From: Balneolaceae bacterium
GTDB taxonomy: Bacteria > Bacteroidota > Rhodothermia > Balneolales > Balneolaceae
Length of the DNA stretch: 32,000 bases
Assembly (NCBI GenBank): GCA_040882505.1
Contig: JBBEBE010000013.1
Location: 99,518 to 131,517, forward strand
Direction: 5' to 3'
This document shows, piece after piece, positions 31,745 through 32,000 of this stretch. Positions within the stretch are counted from its first letter, which is position 1, and each line of letters opens with the position of its first letter. The translations under genes and the position numbers were made by a program. The notes below the pieces were generated by a model, which worked only from the letters and a program-made list of their open reading frames with translations, ran no database searches and was not told where the DNA came from.

Positions 31745-32000
31745 TCATTGAAGACGACGTTCGGAATCCATCAGAGGTGTATGCAATGGTGTGATCGTTG
31801 ACGCAACCGTGGTGCCGTCCGATACCGTAAGCAACAGTCTGAAATACTCGTGGTTTTCAGGGATCTTCAACGTTAACACTGGACGGGTCCCGATATCTCT
31901 TACCGCAAGGTAATTCCCGTATTCATCACACTTTACCAGTGACCATTCAAAGGCATATCCCCTGGATTCCTGTCCATACTCCCATTCTCCATTCCCATTG
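31745..32000 (-). CDS. 3' end of an unidentified minus-strand gene (5' part lies right of the window)
   Basis: The minus-strand frame is open from the window edge (31999) to TGA at 31747-31745. It encodes ...NGNGEWEYGQESRGYAFEWSLVKCDEYGNYLAVRDIGTRPVLTLKIPENHEYFRLLLTVSDGTTVASTITPLHTPLMDSERRLQ. It is absent from the ORF track because its start is outside the window. No family recognised. Confidence 0.35.
   Translation of the reverse strand, partial: NGNGEWEYGQESRGYAFEWSLVKCDEYGNYLAVRDIGTRPVLTLKIPENHEYFRLLLTVSDGTTVASTITPLHTPLMDSERRLQ

Noticed and set aside
31612-31794. 60-aa plus-strand ORF
   Set aside because: It starts inside the tRNA-Arg gene and runs through the terminator hairpin, so it is not a plausible gene.
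1-32000. Search for CRISPR arrays, IS elements, integrases, rRNA, and defence or toxin-antitoxin modules
   Set aside because: No spaced direct repeats were seen, and no transposase- or integrase-like translations appear in the ORF track. No unexplained multi-gene block remains after annotation. The only unassigned ORFs are the small or hypothetical ones listed as findings.

Overview
About 60% of the window (minus strand, ~1246-19787) is one tightly packed flagellar gene string. Its order is the Bacillus/spirochaete type: flgB-flgC-(78-aa unknown ORF)-fliE-fliF-fliG-fliH-fliI-fliJ-(YlxF/FlbB-like)-fliK-flgD-flgE-motA-motB-fliL-fliM-fliN/Y-fliO-fliP-fliQ-fliR. At the left edge this string converges on a plus-strand unit, flhG (3' end)-small 2-TM ORF-fliA (sigma-28), and overlaps it by 17 nt. 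To the right of flgB lies a small signalling island: a PAS histidine kinase, a stand-alone HisKA/DHp-only protein, an unknown 165-aa ORF and a sensor-less hybrid kinase. Ordinary housekeeping genes follow: lhgO, a TlpA-like redoxin lipoprotein, ahcY, a ROK kinase-MFS-SIS sugar operon, an ACT-domain malic enzyme, tRNA-Arg(ACG) with a strong terminator, and the 3' end of an unknown minus-strand gene. Read by eye, the regulatory layer is informative. There is an exact sigma-54 -24/-12 promoter (TGGCAC-N5-TTGCA) in front of flgB. There are also two strong and one weaker sigma-28-type promoters sharing an extended motif, TTAAG-N14-nC(C/T)GATAA followed by GGAG. They sit in front of motA, the 165-aa unknown ORF and the PAS kinase. 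I found no CRISPR array, transposase or integrase, rRNA, or recognisable defence or toxin system, and I do not see a clear-cut novel multi-gene system. The best leads are the sigma-28-linked unknown ORF, the DHp-only protein within the three-gene HisKA cluster, the 78-aa ORF inside the flgBC-fliE block, the 2-TM ORF coupled to fliA, and switch proteins lacking the canonical CheY-binding peptide. All protein calls rest on motif recognition from the supplied translations. No database search was possible, and the source taxon is undetermined.
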